In this document: one piece after another, positions 62,501-64,000 of the stretch
Layout of the letters: each line of letters starts with the position of its first letter
Position numbering within the stretch: the first letter of the stretch is position 1
Assembly: GCF_009914755.1 (NCBI RefSeq)
Contig: NC_060946.1
Source of the DNA: the human T2T-CHM13v2.0 reference genome, Homo sapiens
DNA: 64,000 nt
Direction: 5' to 3' (one strand)
Made by a program: the position numbers and the translations under genes
The notes under the pieces: generated by a model
Told to the model about the DNA's origin: nothing
What the model saw: only the letters and a program-made list of their open reading frames with translations
Databases searched by the model: none

Positions 62501-64000
62501 CACACATCACAAAGAAGTTCCTCAGAAGGCTTCTGTCTGGTTTTAATATGAAGATATTTCCTTTTTCACCATAGGCCTTACACCGCTCACGAATATCCTT
62601 CTGCAGATACTATAAAAAGACTGTTTCCAAACTGCTCCATCAAAAGAAAATTTCACCTATCTGAGATGAATGCACACATCATACAGAAGTTCCTCAGAAT
62701 TCTTCTGTCTAGTTTTTATGTGAAGATGTTTCCATTTTCACCTTAGGCCACAAAGCGCCCCAAACATCCGTTTGCAGATGATACGAAAAGACTGTTTCCA
62801 AACTGCTCAATCAAGAGAAATTTTCAACTCTGTGAGATGAAAGCACACATCACAAAAAAGTTTCTCAGAAATCTTCTGTCTCGCTTTTATCTCAAGATGA
62901 TTCCTATTTTGCCATAGGAATCAAGGGGCTCACATATACCCCTTTGCAGATTCTACAAATGTTCTCCTTACAAACTTCTCAATCAAGAGAAACGTTCAAC
63001 ATTGTGAGATGAATGAACACATCCCAAAGAAGTTTCTCAGGTTGCTTCTGTCTGGTTGCTATGTGAAGATGTTTCCTTTTTCACCATAGTCTTTAAGCCC
63101 CTCAAAAATATCTGTCTGCAGACTCTACCAAAAGACTGTTTCCAAACTGGCCCATATAGCATGTTTCAACTATGTGAAATGAATGCACTCATCAAAAAGA
63201 AGTTTCTCAGGATTCTCCTGTCTAGTTTTTATGTGAAGATATTTCCTTTTTCACCGTAGGCCACAAATTGCTCCAAATATCCATTTGCAGATTCTACAAA
63301 ATAATGTTCCCAAACTGGTCAATCAACAGAAAGGCGCAACTCTGTGAGACGAAAGCACACATCACAAAGAAGTTTCTCGGAAAGCCTCTGTCTGCATTTT
63401 ATGTGAAGGTATTTCCTTTGGCACCATAGGCCTTAAACCGCTCGCAAATATAACTCCACTTATACTACCAAGAGACTTTCTCCAAATTGCTAAATCTAAA
63501 GAAAGGTTCAACTCTGTGAGATGAATACACACATCAAAAAGAAGTTTCTCAAAATGCTTCTGTCTAGTTTTCATGGGAAGATATTTATTTTTCACCGTTG
63601 GCCCCAAACCGCTCAGAAATATCCCTTTGCAGTTTGTAGAAAAAGACTGCTTCCAAACTGCTCAATGAAAGGAAATGGTCAACTATTAGAGATGAATGGA
63701 AATGTCACAAAGAGTTTTCTCAAAAAGCTACTGTGTCGTTTTTATGTGAAGACATTGCCTTTGGCACCCTAGGCCTTAAAACTCTCTCAATACACATTCA
63801 CAGATTCTACAAAAAGACTGATTCCAAACTGCTCAATCAGAAGAAGGGTTCAATTCCGTGTGGCAAACGTGCACATCACCAAGGAATTTGTCAGAAAGCT
63901 TCTGTCTACTTTTTATGTGAAGATATTTCATATTTCAACAAAGGCCATAAAGGGCTCACAAATATCCCTTCGCAGATTCTAAGAAAAGACGTTTTCCAAA
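26510..64000 (-). repeat. Alpha-satellite higher-order repeat array: 20 x ~171 bp monomers, unit 3,424-3,426 bp, ~11 copies, all A-type monomers (SF4/SF6-like)
   Basis: Monomer AAAGGTTCAACTCTGTGAGATGAATGCACACATCACAAAGAAGTTTCTCAGAAAGCTTCTG is the reverse of the conventional alphoid strand. Equivalent positions recur at 26,511, 29,936, 33,360, 36,785, 40,210, 43,635, 47,060, 50,484, 53,909, 57,335 and 60,761; 3,425/171 is about 20. The array continues past the window end. Confidence 0.98.

Noticed and set aside
26904-63772. Dozens of recurring 60-100 aa ORFs in the satellite
   Set aside because: These are chance open frames in alpha-satellite repeated with the 3,425-bp period. They occur on both strands, have no recognisable domain and are gained or lost by single substitutions.
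26510-64000. CRISPR-like or otherwise novel repeat-spacer array
   Set aside because: The units are contiguous ~171-bp alphoid monomers with no unique spacers and no cas genes, in a primate context.

Overview
Primate (human or great-ape type) pericentromeric DNA with no intact protein-coding gene that I can support. Positions 1-26,489 are AT-rich and repeat-dense: Alus, L1PA, L1M, MIR, a Tigger4-type DNA transposon, an ERVL-type LTR and a CR1/L3 relic. This block holds a large inverted duplication, with a left arm at ~5,272-12,368, a right arm at ~20,423-26,489 and an ~8 kb single-copy spacer. One dead full-length L1PA4-like element (17,036-23,160) is partly duplicated by it. The right arm is joined through a ~20-bp filler, apparently templated by fold-back, to a homogeneous 20-monomer (~3,425 bp) alpha-satellite higher-order repeat (HOR). 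The array has ~11 copies, no CENP-B boxes that I could find, and runs to the window end. I did not find a new gene system. The most interesting signals are structural: the fold-back geometry, the junction scars and the haplotype patterning among HOR copies. All alignments and counts were done by eye.
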